From Utricularia gibba (taxonomy: Eukaryota; Plantae; Magnoliophyta): 64,000 nt of DNA. The position numbers were made by a program, and so were the translations under genes. The notes under the pieces were generated by a model. That model ran no database searches. It was not told where the DNA came from and saw only the letters and a program-made list of their open reading frames with translations. Below are positions 1-13,206 of this stretch, piece after piece; within the stretch, counting starts at the first letter, position 1, and every line of letters begins with the position of its first letter. The stretch spans positions 620,001 through 684,000 of the forward strand of contig NEEC01000002.1 in assembly GCA_002189035.1 (NCBI GenBank), given 5' to 3'.

Positions 1-2325
1 ATAATATTATATATTTAATCGCCAGTTGCGACCCAAATATTGATGGCGTGTCACTCTCCATCGCCATGTCTCCATTTTCAATTGCCAACCGTACCTGGGA
101 TTCCTCCGACTTGTCTGTCAATTTACCGTTTCGCCCCCCCAACCACTAACGGCGTCAGACGGTGGGGTTACGCTTCCGTTACTTGCGCACGCGGCGACGT
201 CGTTTCGGCAACGCCGAATATAGGCCGTGCCGTGGCTAATTGTTGGATGTGGCCCCACCCACTCCTTGGACATATACATTAATTATAAATATTTTTTGAT
301 GCATTTAAATAAAAACTATTAAGTACTATTTTTTATTTACAAAATTATTTAATTATTTCGTAATTGGGCCGAGGAACGCCTTGCTTGATTTCTTAATTGG
401 GCCTTTTGTTTCAATCGGCCCGGCCCATTGGTAAGCATTTGATTCGAAATCTACGGTCGTTCTCGTACTCGATTTGGGGAGGCTGATGGGTGATACTTCA
501 AAAATGCCCCCAATCATGGCATTATTTACCAGTCGAACCACCTCGAGAGTGGCCTTTCAACGGGGTCAAATTTGTCCATTAAATCACAAATATTTTAGTT
601 GTAACAACAAATTGATTTAAATATTATTTTAAAAATCCATGGGTTCCTATCTAATCTAGATACTTTTTAATTAACATATTACTCATATTTTTTAATATTT
701 GATTAAAATAATTATACTAATCTTTTTCGATACCTCAACCCTATCGAAACTTTAAAATTAAACATGTTCTGATTGAAATATATATCTAAGAAGATGCTTG
801 ATTGTGAATATCCCACCTTAGTATAGTGCATTCTATGTCCATATTGCTTCCAAAAGAACTTTATTTATACCATGTAAAAAGTTCGTTTATCTTATGTAAA
901 TTTACGTATCAAATACAAAGATATACGTATTTATCATCTATTTTATATCATTACTACATAGATTTCTTTAGTTTTTCTTCTTCTCTATTATTGTCATTGA
1001 TGGTAAATAAAAATAAAAATTTATAATACATATGTTTTTACTAAATAGAGATAAATATTCAAATTATAAAAAATCATGAATTATTTGTATAAATGTATTT
1101 ATCATAGTTTAAATCGTGATAGAACTATTCGTTCTTTTTTTAAAAAAAGTTTCAATATATTTTTATAAAAAACATTAAATTGTAATTTAATTGAACCGCA
1201 TGTCAACCACTATTGGATTGCAATTGAAACCAATTTTAGTTTTTTATTTTAAAACAATTCGAATCTAATCTAATTTTATACAATTCACAACTTTTAAAAC
1301 ACCTATGTCTACATTCAAACTCACCTATCTCTTTGTAAGACTATGTTCAAGGAAAAATGAAAAATATATTATATTAATTCCATGTTCATACGACCAGAAA
1401 TAAAATGAAATTGAGTAGAATAATAACTCAAATTGAATATTAAATATTTTTTTCTAAATATAATGGAGTTTTTTTTATACAAACCGTAAAATTAGACATC
1501 TAAAATAAAAATAACATAAAATTATAAGAATTGAAAAATCTAAAACCCTAATTAGCAATCGGTTACAATCTCTTTGTTGAGTTTTAAGTGAGTTTCCAGT
1601 GAGAAGATTGGTTTGAGATGAGAGCGCGAGAGCACATCGGCTGCATGACCGACCGACCCTACGCGGATGGGGATGGGGATGGGGGCGTGGTACCCGGGCT
1701 ATGGAGAGCCAACTGGGAGGGGAGGGTCTGAGGCCGGAAACAGATTCAAATAATATTTAACTGGAAAGGAAAACAAAGATCCGGTGAAGTTGTTTGCCTC
1801 CTCCCTATCGGCTATCTCCCTAGTCAGCCGCCTGGGGGCAGTCAAAGGAGAGATGCCAAGGAGGGAAATCGGAAATTCCGCCAATCAGTTTTGAAGCTGC
1901 TGTTAATTGGGGAAGGGAGATTAATCAGGGATTAAGAGCAATACCAATAGTTAATTAAGGGGGTTCTCACACGATTGGTGGACAACCAGTAGGCCGAGAT
2001 AAGCCTAATCCCCCCTAATCCAACAATCAACATCGCAGCTACAAAATCAAACCTTTATTGGGTTGTGGAGTAAACCCCTTCCAGGGAATCCCTCATCTCC
2101 TCTCCTCAACTCTCCTCTCTTGTGTGTTTAAAGGGGTTGTTTCTCTTCAATTTGGTGGTCCATGGATTGATTTCTCAAGGTCCACTCCAATACAAAAATA
2201 TTAACTTTCTTTAAGACAGGATTGATCAGCACATAGCCGTCTTTCCCCCCCTCCTCCACTTTCTTTCTCCTGTACTGTTTTCTTCTTCTGCTGGCTATGG
2301 CCGTCTGACGGAGGGAGGGGGGGGA

Positions 2326-2368
2326 GGGGAAGGGAAGGGAAGGGAAGGGAAAGGGAAAGGGAAGGAAA
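2326..2368. repeat. Purine microsatellite (GGGAA/GGGAAA)n in the 5' leader of the trihelix gene
   Basis: About 8 imperfect GGGAA(A) units read directly at 2326-2368, about 70 bp upstream of the ATG. Confidence 0.85.
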
Positions 2369-2435
2369 CGCCGTTTGTGTGGCGGCCACGTGCTTGTGGT
2401 TTATTTGATGGTATAAAGTCACGTGAGGAGTGGGA

Positions 2436-3930
2436 ATGCAATTTGAGGCGGTGAATCTGGGAGAGGGCCCAGTTGACGGAGTAGACGGCCGTCAAACGTC
2501 GGGAAATGGGGACGACGGGGGGAAGGCGTCGCGGCTGCCGCGGTGGACACGGCAAGAAATCCTTGTGCTGATACAAGGGAAAAGGGTGGCGGAGAGTCGT
2601 GTCAGGAGAGGTCCGGGATCGCGTTCGGCTTTGGGTCCTTCTCATGTCGAGCCCAAGTGGGCCTCGGTGTCGTCCTACTGCAAGAGACACGGCGTCAATC
2701 GGGGCCCGGTTCAGTGTCGGAAGAGATGGAGTAATTTGGCTGGGGATTTCAAGAAGATTAAGGAGTGGGAATCCAAGATTAAGATGGAGACGGAGTCCTT
2801 TTGGGTCATGAGGAATGATTTGAGAAGAGAGAGGAAGCTCCCTGGGTTTTTTGATCGGGAGGTTTACGATATTCTCGACGGCAGTAAGGGAGTCGCCGCC
2901 GCTGATGGGGAGGAGCATCTCGATACTGAACCGTTGGAGGATGTCAATTCGGAGAGCCGCGACGAAGCTGGGCCGGAGACGTTATTCGATAGCGGCCGGA
3001 GCGCCGCCGCCGATGATGGACTCTTCTCCGATTTCGAGGAGGCTGGCCGGAGCTCCGGTAAAAGGAAAGAGACGGCTGACGAAATACCCGCACCAACTCC
3101 GATATCAGGTGATGACAGGTTTCACCAAGATTGGATTTTTTTCATGTAAATGGTTTGCTCTTGCTGTTTAGGAAGGATACATACTTTTATTGCGCGCAAT
3201 ACGGAATTCCAGCAAGATAAGACCTGAGTCTGGCCATCCATTTGATTCCACTTTTAGGCGTTAGTTTCCTTATTGTCCATTGCAGGGATACGTCTCTTTT
3301 CTCCATGGCTATGCTAAACAAAACCAAAGCTTGGAATTTCTTAACGTTTTCTGAACCGCGAGCATCTTTCAGTGAATGCATCTCAGTTACATGACCCTTT
3401 TGATTCGACTAACAGCTTGGTTTTCTTGCCTTTCTTGTAGTTGCTGAGAAGCATTATCAGCCTGATCCCCAGGATCCTTCAGGCCAAGGTACTTCCATTG
3501 CATTGCATGCCAAATGTCCTTCGTTTGTATAAGGGCAGACAGGAACTTGAATTCCCGTATCTGGGTTCTGTCTCTTTTGCTGATTCTGTCTGAATATCTT
3601 TGTGTAGGAACACATACAGAGAAAGAAAGCAGGGCGGAAGCGGAAGCGGAAGCTGGGGAGTCTGGAGAGGGGAGGAAAAGAAAGCGACACGAAGTGGATG
3701 TAGAAAGAAAGCGATACGAAGCGGATGTAGAAAGAGGAGCAAGCAGTAACATTGAGCAACAACTGGTTGCAGCTCTAGAGAAAAATGGTAAAATATTGAG
3801 TTCACAGCTTGAAGCACAAAACACTCATCTTCAGCTTGACAGGGAGCAACGCAATCAACATGTTAACAGCTTATTGACAGTTCTCAATAAGCTTGCTGAT
3901 GCTTTGGGTAGAATTGCTGATAAGTTGTAG
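2436..3930 (+). CDS. Trihelix (Myb/SANT-like) transcription factor, ASR3-like; 3 exons
   Basis: Contains PRWTRQEILVLIQGK..WASVSSYCKRHGVNRGPVQCRKRWSNLAGDFKKIKEWE and a C-terminal coiled coil LERNGK-like (LEKNGKILSSQLEAQN). Exons 2436-3108, 3441-3488 and 3608-3930 join in frame across GT-AG introns. Confidence 0.92.
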
Positions 3931-4484
3931 CAGCCGGAAGAAGAGCCATTGCTGGGTGTGTACAAAGGAAATATTTTTACAGAGTATAGAATTCAAAGGG
4001 TTTCGTATAGGCGAGGATCAAAGATTGTTCCTTTTCCATTTCCCTTGCGAAATAAAACCAGCGGCGGCGGGTATGGCGCGCTGTGTAAATGTGACGTTCT
4101 TCCTCATTGTGCCGTTTGCCCGTTTTTCCGATAGGTAATTTGGGGCGGTCTGAATAACCGGTCCGTACTTTGTCGGCCGAACCACCGTTTAAAGATGGAA
4201 TGAAGCATCAAATTCCGAGATAAAAATGGCGCTTTCTTGGATGTTGTCATCTTAGCAGGCTAGGTTTCTGCGATTTGCCGTCAACACGCTCATGGAGTTC
4301 TGAATTTTCTATGTGTTGGTGCCGAAGTCGCTTTCCATTTCGATGTCTGGACCCCCGCAATTTGTATCTCTGAATTAGATATCCAGATTACGGTTGCGCT
4401 TTCAATTCAGTTCGATAAAGCTTTTTGTTTTAGACGATTCCGATTTTGGTTTCTCAGATCTGAGAGCTGAGTGAAATCCCAGAT

Positions 4485-5643
4485 ATGGGTTATGCGAACC
4501 GAGTGCAATCCCTAGTGCAAGATGGGAAATCGGTGGTTCCCCCTCAATACGTGCAGCCACCGGAGACGCGGCCTCTTCGCGGCGGTGAAAACCTGAAGAA
4601 TCGTGACGACCCATCTCCTCCGGTAATTGACCTACGTGGAGACAATCTCATACAGGAACTGGGATCAGCCTGCGCGGAATGGGGAGCCTTCCATGTAATC
4701 TCCCACGGTGTTGCGGTTAAGTTGCTCGATGAAATGCGGCAGATGGGGCGCGCCTTCTTTGAGAACTGCACGATGGATCAAAAACTCCGGTACGCCTGCG
4801 ACAGCAGTTCCCCTGCTTCAGAAGGGTATGGGAGCCGCATGCTTGTTGCTTCCGACGATGAAGTTTTAGATTGGAGGGACTATTTTGATCACCATACCTT
4901 ACCCATTTCTCGTAGAGATCCCTCAAATGGCCCGAGTTTCCTCCTCAGTACAGGTCTGCACATGTTTTTTTACTGAGATTTCTTGAGTTTCCTCTCTGAA
5001 ATCCGTCTCTGCAGACGAGTCGTGGAAGAGTACAGCGATCAAATGAACGCCCTGGCTGAGAAGCTGTTAGCCGTGATTTCATCAAGCTTAGGACTTTCAC
5101 CCTCCTGCCTCAAAGACAACGTCGGCGAATTCTACCAGAACATAACCGTGAGCTATTACCCTCCATGCCCACAGCCGGAGCTGACTCTAGGCCTGCAATC
5201 ACATTCAGACTTCGGAGCGATCACACTCCTCATTCAAGACGACGTAGGGGGGCTTCAAGTGCTGAAAAACGGAGAGTGGATCTCCGTAAGCCCACTGGAA
5301 GACGCCATTTTCGTCATCCTCGCCGATCAGACCGAGGTATGTGTACCCTCCTACCCATAACACCATTTTTATCACCCCCTGAAAGCTGAAATGCAGCACT
5401 TTCCGGTGGGCGTTGCAGATCATAACAAACGGAGAGTACAAGAGCGCCGAGCATCGGGCCATCACCAACTCCCAAAGGCCGCGCCTGTCGGTTGCCACAT
5501 TCCACGATCCGGCGAAAACCATGACGATAAAACCAGCCCTGGAGCCTCCCAAGTACCGGGCGGTAAGATACGGCGACTATGTATCTTCCTGGTACACAAA
5601 AGGCCCCGCAGGCAGAAGAAACCTGGACTCTCTCCTGCTCTAG
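4485..5643 (+). CDS. 2-oxoglutarate/Fe(II)-dependent dioxygenase; 3 exons, with an apparent 1-bp frameshift near 4926
   Basis: DIOX_N region (WGAFHVISHGV, LDWRDYF), HSD iron ligand in GLQSHSDFGAIT, HRA and RLS motifs. Exons 4485-4953, 5015-5336 and 5419-5643. Exon 1 is out of phase with exon 2 by one base (see findings). Confidence 0.9.
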
Positions 5644-6906
5644 CGACGTGGTTCCTCTTGAAGAAGTTAGCCCTTGTACGGACGCCGATTTCTGGTTATC
5701 AAGTTATCCATCCTCCCAAATCAAATTTGCCAATACTCATGTTTGGAATACTTTTTAGAAAATCAATTTTCAAAAAACGTTTTTAAAAATTAGAAATTCT
5801 GCTTTTTAAAAATGTTTTAAATTTTTTTTAGTTTTTTTAAAATAGAAATCATTAGTAAAAATTAATTCTAAAAAGTTTCTTGAAAAATGTTTTTTTTTCA
5901 AAAAATCAATAGAATATAGAACTATTCAACTATATTAATATAATTCATTTAACACATATTTAAATTTAATATATCAATTTTAGTTTTCGGAATTAACTTT
6001 TAATTCAATTTCAATTTTAAATATTTATAATTATTTAATTAATCATTTCGGTGCTTTAATTTATTATTTTATTAATTATTTTTTTAATATCCAAACAGAG
6101 TACTTGATCCATTTTTAAAAAAATGAATAAATACATATATATATATTATATTTAAAATCATATGTTTAGTTACTTTTTGTTGATCTGTTATATATTAAAA
6201 TAAAATATTAATATCTAAAGATATTCGATTTTTGATACACGTGATTATGCGAAATCACCGCGTGTGTATATCCGTAGACGACGGTAGTGGTGCACAGTGT
6301 CGGAAAGAGGTGACGGACAGAAAGAAAGGAAGACGCACTGTCGGAAAGTTGGGTGCTGGAGTGGTGAAGCGTCGCCATCCGGCTCCTCCACTTTTGCTTT
6401 ATCCTTTTCAAATTCATTAATTCTCCTCCGCTTTTCTTAAATTATTTTTAAATTTTAAATTGGGGTTGATGAATTCAAAGGGCGCCATGGGAGGGACGCA
6501 GGAAGAAGGGGGCCGGGGGATTGATTTCTTGTCTCTTCTCTCGGTTGGCTATGGAGTTGGAGTAAAGAATAAAGAATTATTGGGTGTGACGTCATAATTA
6601 CGGGGTTGGGAATCACATATGGGCCTCCAGCCACCTGTTCCAGGCTTCCAGCATCAATGTTCTTCAACTTCTTTGACTGCTTGCTACCTGGAGCAACGGT
6701 CGAAAATCCACCCACCCACATTTCTTTCACTTTCAGGTAGGGAGTGAGATAGAAAAAAAAGAAAAGGAAGAAACCCATCTCAGATCCTTGGATGTTTTTG
6801 TCGTCTCTGGGACAGGGACAAGAGCAAAATGGGCTTGAGAAAGATCAGGTTTTCAGTTGATGATTAACAGGTGTCTGGTGGAGGAACAAGAGTTTGTTCT
6901 GCAAGC

Positions 6907-9900
6907 ATGCACTTCACAAAGCTTGATGACTCTCCGATGTTTCGTAAACAGGTTGGTTGTGTGCAGTATAGCATGTTTTTACCCGGCTTCTCTGCATTTG
7001 AGGGGATGGCTGTCTGTGTCGCCACAGAGACAAGTTACTTTTCTTTGTCTGTTAAGACCTGAGATAATTGAGAACCTTACGTTTTCTGGTTCATGTAGAT
7101 GAAGGAAAGCTTGTGTAACAGCTAATCATTTGGAAATTTTCCATTTTCTTGTAGCTTTTCTTGTCGTGGGGAATTTATTTAGACGTATTTTTGTGAATAT
7201 TTGGATCCCAAATCACGAATTCTCGTAACGTAAAATGGCTCTCGTTTTCTCCGGTATTATCTTTGTCAAGGTTGTTATGGAAATGTTGGATCTTGAACGT
7301 TTCAAGTTGCCTTAGATGAGCGTGCTGCGACTTAGATTGCATTTTGACTCACTTTCATGCTTTTGATTTCTTCTCCTAGATTGACTATGCAGATATATTG
7401 GTAGTCTATATTCCATTGATATGTCTTTGAATAGATACAAACCTTGGAAGATAGTTCGGAAACATTGGGTGAGAGATGCCTGAAGTACTACAAAGGATGC
7501 CGAAAATACACGTGAGTTGTGAATACATTGATTCCTGTAATGTTTAATATGCGCATTGTTGTTGTTCAGTTATATTGTCTATGTCTCAGTGAAGGTCTTG
7601 GTGAGGGATATGATGGAGATATTGCTTTTGCTAGTGCTCTGGAAACTTTTGGTGGAGGACATAATGACCCTATAAGTGTTGCCTTCGGTGGTATAAACCC
7701 CATACTGCCAAGAATCGACTTTTAGCCATATCATGTATTAGTTCCCCTTAAATGATATAAAGTCTGCTTCCTCTAGGTCCTGTTATGACAAAATTCACCA
7801 TTGCACTGCGGGAAATTGGAACCTATAAAGAAGTTCTTCGATCTCAGGTGGACCTGTTAATTAGTTCTCGATATGAAATGGAAACCCATGTTCATTGATT
7901 TAATGATATTTACCTCTCTTTTTTTCTAGTTCATTTTCTTGTGATGATCATTTTACGGTATATGCGAATGGATGTTGCCTTACAACTATTAGTTACCTGA
8001 AAATATATGTGTAATTCCCTTTCTTCAGGTTGAGCAGACATTAAATGAAAGATTGCTGCAGCTTGTTAACTTAGATTTGCACGATGTTAAGGTACCCTGA
8101 ATCATATTTATATTAGTGATGTGTATTTTTTAGAGGCTCTTGGTGGGATCTGAATTCTATATCACAACCGTTTCTATGCATTTCTGCAACGTTATAATTT
8201 TTTTTCTAATCAGGTTGAGTTATTCTCTGCGATTTATATTCCAAGGTTATACATTTTAGCTTCTTTTTAGCTTTCCTTGCGTTCATGATACATTGAATGA
8301 TTTTTCACCCATATTTCCACTTTCACTAAAAATGCAGGAGGCCCGGAAGCAGTTTGACAAGGCTAGTGTTCTTTATGACCAGGTAAAAAATTGCTGCCCC
8401 ACTATTGAACAGACTGAGCAGATCCATTATGATATGGCATATTTGTTGACGAGTGCATTACATGAAATAGTGATAGTTAAATTTACAACAGGCCCGTGAG
8501 AGGTTTTTGTCGTTGAGGGTAGGAACTAAAAGTAACCTAGCAGCTGCTGTTGAGGAGGTAATTATGAAGCGTGAAGTATTAAGATGAATCCCTGAGCTTC
8601 ATCCCAGCATCTAGGCTGTACAGTTAACGAATTCCTGTGATGTTTTTAGGAGCTTCATCAAGCTCGGTCGGCTTTCGAGGTGGCAAGATTTAATCTAGTA
8701 AGATGCCAGCTTCTTGATTACCATTATATTTTTAATAATTGGAAGGAGCTAGAGTGTAATAATGGATGCTGGGTCACAGGTTAATGCACTTTCAAGTGTT
8801 GAAGCAAAGAAAAGATTCGAGTTCTTGGAAGCAGTAAGTGAAACAATGGCAGCTCATCTTCATTATTTCAAGCAGGTAAATGTAGTAACACGAAGCGTTG
8901 GACTGTGCCACATTTTTATGACTGATTTAATTGTTGGTTATATCTAGGGGTATGAGCTGTTGAATCAAATGGAACCTTACATTAACCAGGTTCACCAAAC
9001 TTATGATTTTTCTTGGTTGCTGATGCTTTTTTTTTTCTTTAATTGTGCTCTCTCTTCTTTAGAAAAGTTAATATTAGTCTTTGTGAAGATGTTTTTGTGG
9101 GACATAAAACTTCAGAAATATGCATGTATGTTGCAGGTTTCAATGTATGCAAAGCAATCGAGGGAGAGATCAGATTATGAAATGGCTGAACTTAAGGAGA
9201 GGATGCAAGAATATAAAAGACAGATAGATAAAGAAGGCAGGATGTCTTTGAATGGTTGCCGTGGATCTCCAAATGGAGATGGAATACAGGCAATAGGGCG
9301 GAGTTCGCATAAGATGATTGAGGCAGTCATGCAATCCGCAGCGAAAGGAAAGGTGGGTGGAGCTCATATTCTGAAGTTCCTCCATGTTTTATTTCAGTTC
9401 TTTTATTTATATCTGCCATGTATTTAACTGAAACATTTATTTCTCAGGTTCAAACGATTAGACAAGGTTATCTTTCCAAACGTTCCTCCAACCTGAGGGG
9501 TGATTGGAAGAGAAGGTTCTTTGTTCTTGATAGCAGAGGAATGCTTTACTATTATCGCAAACGAAGCAGCAAAAGTGTGAGTTGATATTTTAACTACATC
9601 TTTGGTAGCAGTAAAAGCGGATGGTGTTCCTTAGCCTGCAACTCTGTGTAATGCAGGCTGCAGGAACTCAGCTTTCTGGTCAAAGACATGGTTCAGATTT
9701 AGGATCTAGTTTTATCAGTCGCTGGTTGTCATCTCACAATCATGGTGGGGGTATTCATGATGAGAAATCAGTTGCTCATCATACTGTTAACCTGCTAACC
9801 TCTACCATAAAAGTTGATGCTGATCAATCTGAATTAAGATTTTGCTTCCGAATCATATCCCCAACAAAGAACTACACTTTGCAGGTTTCTTATTCTCCAC

Positions 9901-11873
9901 CACTGTGCTCCGATCTTTTTATTATATGTACATGCATATTTGTCCATTTTATAAGAAACTACTTGTTGCAGGCAGAAAGTGCCCTTGATCAAATGGACTG
10001 GATCGAGAAAATCACAGGAGTCATTGCCTCATTACTGAATTTGCAGGCTCCTGAAAGGGTAATTTTCATATTTTCCTTAGCTACTTCCCTCCTGTTACTC
10101 AGATGATTCATGATTTGTTCTCGGATTCAGTGTTTGACTGCTAGCCCTGTGGGTGGTGGCCATAATCGTTCTGGTAGTGAGAGTAGTTCTTTGGATACTG
10201 TTGACTTAAATCATGGAGCTGTTGAAGAGTGCACATATGATAGGTTTTCCACGATGCATGTGGACCGCCCTCTGAGAATCTCACAGCAGTTAAAAGCTTG
10301 TCAAAAGAATGAGAAACCAATAGATCTATTGCAGAAAGTGTCTGGTAATGACAAATGTGCTGATTGTGGTGCCACAGAACCAGATTGGTCATCGTTAAAT
10401 CTGGGTGTTCTCATCTGCATTGAATGTTCTGGTGTACATCGAAATCTTGGTGTGCACATATCTAAGGTATACAAATTGTAGATTTCTTCATTTGTTGTTT
10501 CAAAAAATCAAAATGATCCTTCATGGTCTACCTCCATGTCCTATCCAGGTAAGATCGCTGACTCTTGATGTCAAAGTGTGGGAGCCATCTGTTATAAACC
10601 TATTTCAGTCTCTGGGAAACACATTTGCAAATTCAGTATGGGAGGAGTTGCTGCATTCAAAGAGTGCTCTCCACATTGATCATGGTAACTCAGGGTAAGT
10701 CTCTTCATCTATGTTTTTTGAAAATAAAAGAAGTGCTGAATCTATATTCTCTTGCTAACATTATACAGTTCTAATAGCCAACAACTGTTGCACTTCAGCA
10801 AGCCTTTCCCCTCTGATTCAATATCTACAAAAGAGAAGTTTATCCATGCAAAGGTACTCCCCATGCTTTTTCTTTTTTTATTGTGAAACCCTGAGCTGTA
10901 ATATTCTTAGTGGACTACAAGAATCTCATAGTATGCCAGCTTCATGGAACTTTTGGTTTTTTAGTAGTTGTTGAATCATTTCGACGCAGATTTACTATAT
11001 AATAACACTTTAGGAATGACTGTACACCAATAAAGGTCCTCTTTTTCCAAGAACTACGCACCAAGCTTTTCAAATGCTGGCGATTATACCCTGGTTTTAC
11101 CATGAATTTTCATATGCAAGCGTTGAGTGGCTCTTTATTCATTCAGCGAATGGTTATCTGTTTCCTCAGTATGCTGAACAACTTTTTGTCCGGAAGCTGA
11201 AAGAAAGCCTTAATGTGGCAAAGCAATTGTGGGATGCTGTTCGTGCCAATGACAAGAAGGCCGTATATGGGCTTATAGTGGGATCAGAAGCTGATGTTAA
11301 TGCCATTTACAGTCAAGGAACTAGTAGTAACACCACCCTTGCGAAGGTAATGCTTTTACAAGGGCAATCTGCAGATGACTGCCACTCTGGTTGCCTAGAA
11401 GCTCAAGCCCACCGTGCTGCTGGCTATATGAATTCTGCGAGCACAAGTGAATGTAACAACAGTGCCGCGGATCTAAATGGCTGCTCGTTGCTTCATCTTG
11501 CTTGTGAAACTGCAGACATTGGAATGATTGAACTTCTTTTACAATGTGGTGCAAACATAAATTCTTTGGATTCCATGGCTCGTACTCCACTTCATTGGTG
11601 CATCATGAAAGGAAAAACTGGCTTCGTTAAGCTTCTCCTTGCAAGGTATCATCTTTTCCTCCCTATCAGCAGCCCTTTGTACCTAACACAACCTGATGCT
11701 CGTTTTCTTTGTGATTCAATGTTGTCATGTTGATAAAGCATCTGCACTGTTTCAGGGGAGCTGATTTTCAGGCTGTTGATGCCCAAGGCAGAACTCCACT
11801 TCAACTGGCGGTTGAATCCAACTTTAAGGACAGTGAGGTTATCACACTACTCTCAGAGTTGCATGTTCAATGA
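6907..11873 (+). CDS. AGD3: ARF-GAP with BAR, PH, ArfGAP zinc finger and ankyrin repeats (AGD3/VAN3/SFC-like); multi-exon
   Basis: N-terminus [15 protein letters not shown]; BAR segments ([47 protein letters not shown]); PH ([36 protein letters not shown]); [14 protein letters not shown] zinc finger; ankyrin GCSLLHLAC. Stop TGA at 11871-11873. AGD1 is the alternative paralog name. Confidence 0.93.
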
Positions 11874-13206
11874 GCTCGACATAAAACAACCATACATTAT
11901 TTCATCTCCGACCAATGACCACTGAACCTCACCACCCGGCGATCTTGTGCTTAGTGGCCGCTCTGATGTAATCATGTATTGCATATTGCTCTCCCTTTCT
12001 CATCAAGAAAATGAATGCATCTCCCAACCCATTAGCCCGATCGGTGCCTGCAACTTGTGAATGGTCATGCATGAATATGTATCTATGGATGGGACCTGAA
12101 GTTCATGAATAGCATGATGGAAGTTGTCTGCGTGTTATGCTTCTGAAGTCGCTGTAGTTAGGTGTTTCACGCTTTTGGGGTCAGTTGTTTTTGTTGTACA
12201 CTGGATTTTCAAGGCTGGAGTTTTCCCACCTCCACCTCTGCGCAATGGAGAAATGAGACTCCATGGACAAAAAAAGACTGAAACTTTAATCTGCCTTTAA
12301 GGGGGAAAAGAGATTTGAAATGAAATAAAGTAACGAAATTTATGCCCAAGGACTGAGGGACGTTTATTTGAAAGTGCAAAGTGGTTCTTTGCATGAATTC
12401 CCGTGTAGTTGAGCGAAGGGGCCAGATCTTGTTTCAGAAAATGAACGGCTGGATCGAACGCCGGCGCAAGCACCGATGCATTTGCTTTCGGCCTGGCCCT
12501 GGCGCACGGAAATGAGCCTCCGTGTTTGTGGTCCACCTTCTCCCCCAACGCCAATTTCTTCCACGCCTCGCGCGGGAAGAAAAATGGTTTGTCTTGTAAA
12601 CGTTTCTCATCAATCTTTTTCTGCTATTAAAATAACTAAAGATTAAAAAAGAAATAGACCTGGGGCTGGTTTTCTGTTTTTTTGTTTTCATCATTTTGTT
12701 GTGGGTTACTGGGTTTCTTTCAAACACCATAGCCATAGCTACAACAGCTGTTTAGTAAGAATGCACGTTTCTGTTCCCTGCTCAGAGTTGTTTTTGTCTC
12801 TAGTTATTCTTACGAAGTCTTAGCTTTTAAGGAAGAGATGAACGACGGTAGAGAAACTCTTCTGCTGCGGAAGTTTGAGTTTGAAGCTGAAAACAAAGAT
12901 ATCTGTTTTCTTCTGTTTCCTCGTTATCTTTAGATTCATATAAAGTCTCAGGCTTTTCTGTTTTTACCATATGGGTTTTCTAGAATCTTCCTATAGAGGA
13001 TGAAAGTTGGTATTTTTCTCCAGGGATCTAGCTTTTATAATGGACAACAGATTCCTTGAGATAGACTTGAGTGTTACTGCTTTGTTCCATTCCCATCCCG
13101 CGTTTTGCTCTGCTTGTTTGGATATGACGCTTCCTACATTCTCCACCGTTTTCCCTCTGTTCTTCCCCATAACTGTTGTTGCGGTTAGAACCTGAGGTTT
13201 GGGAAA

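Noticed and set aside
2295-2918. 207-aa minus-strand ORF
   Set aside because: Antisense shadow of the GC-rich trihelix exon 1; no recognisable motif.
12297-12736. Overlapping minus-strand ORFs upstream of CRN, including an RSGPFAQLH segment considered as a CLE-like peptide
   Set aside because: No signal peptide, non-ATG start and a poor match to the 12-aa CLE motif.
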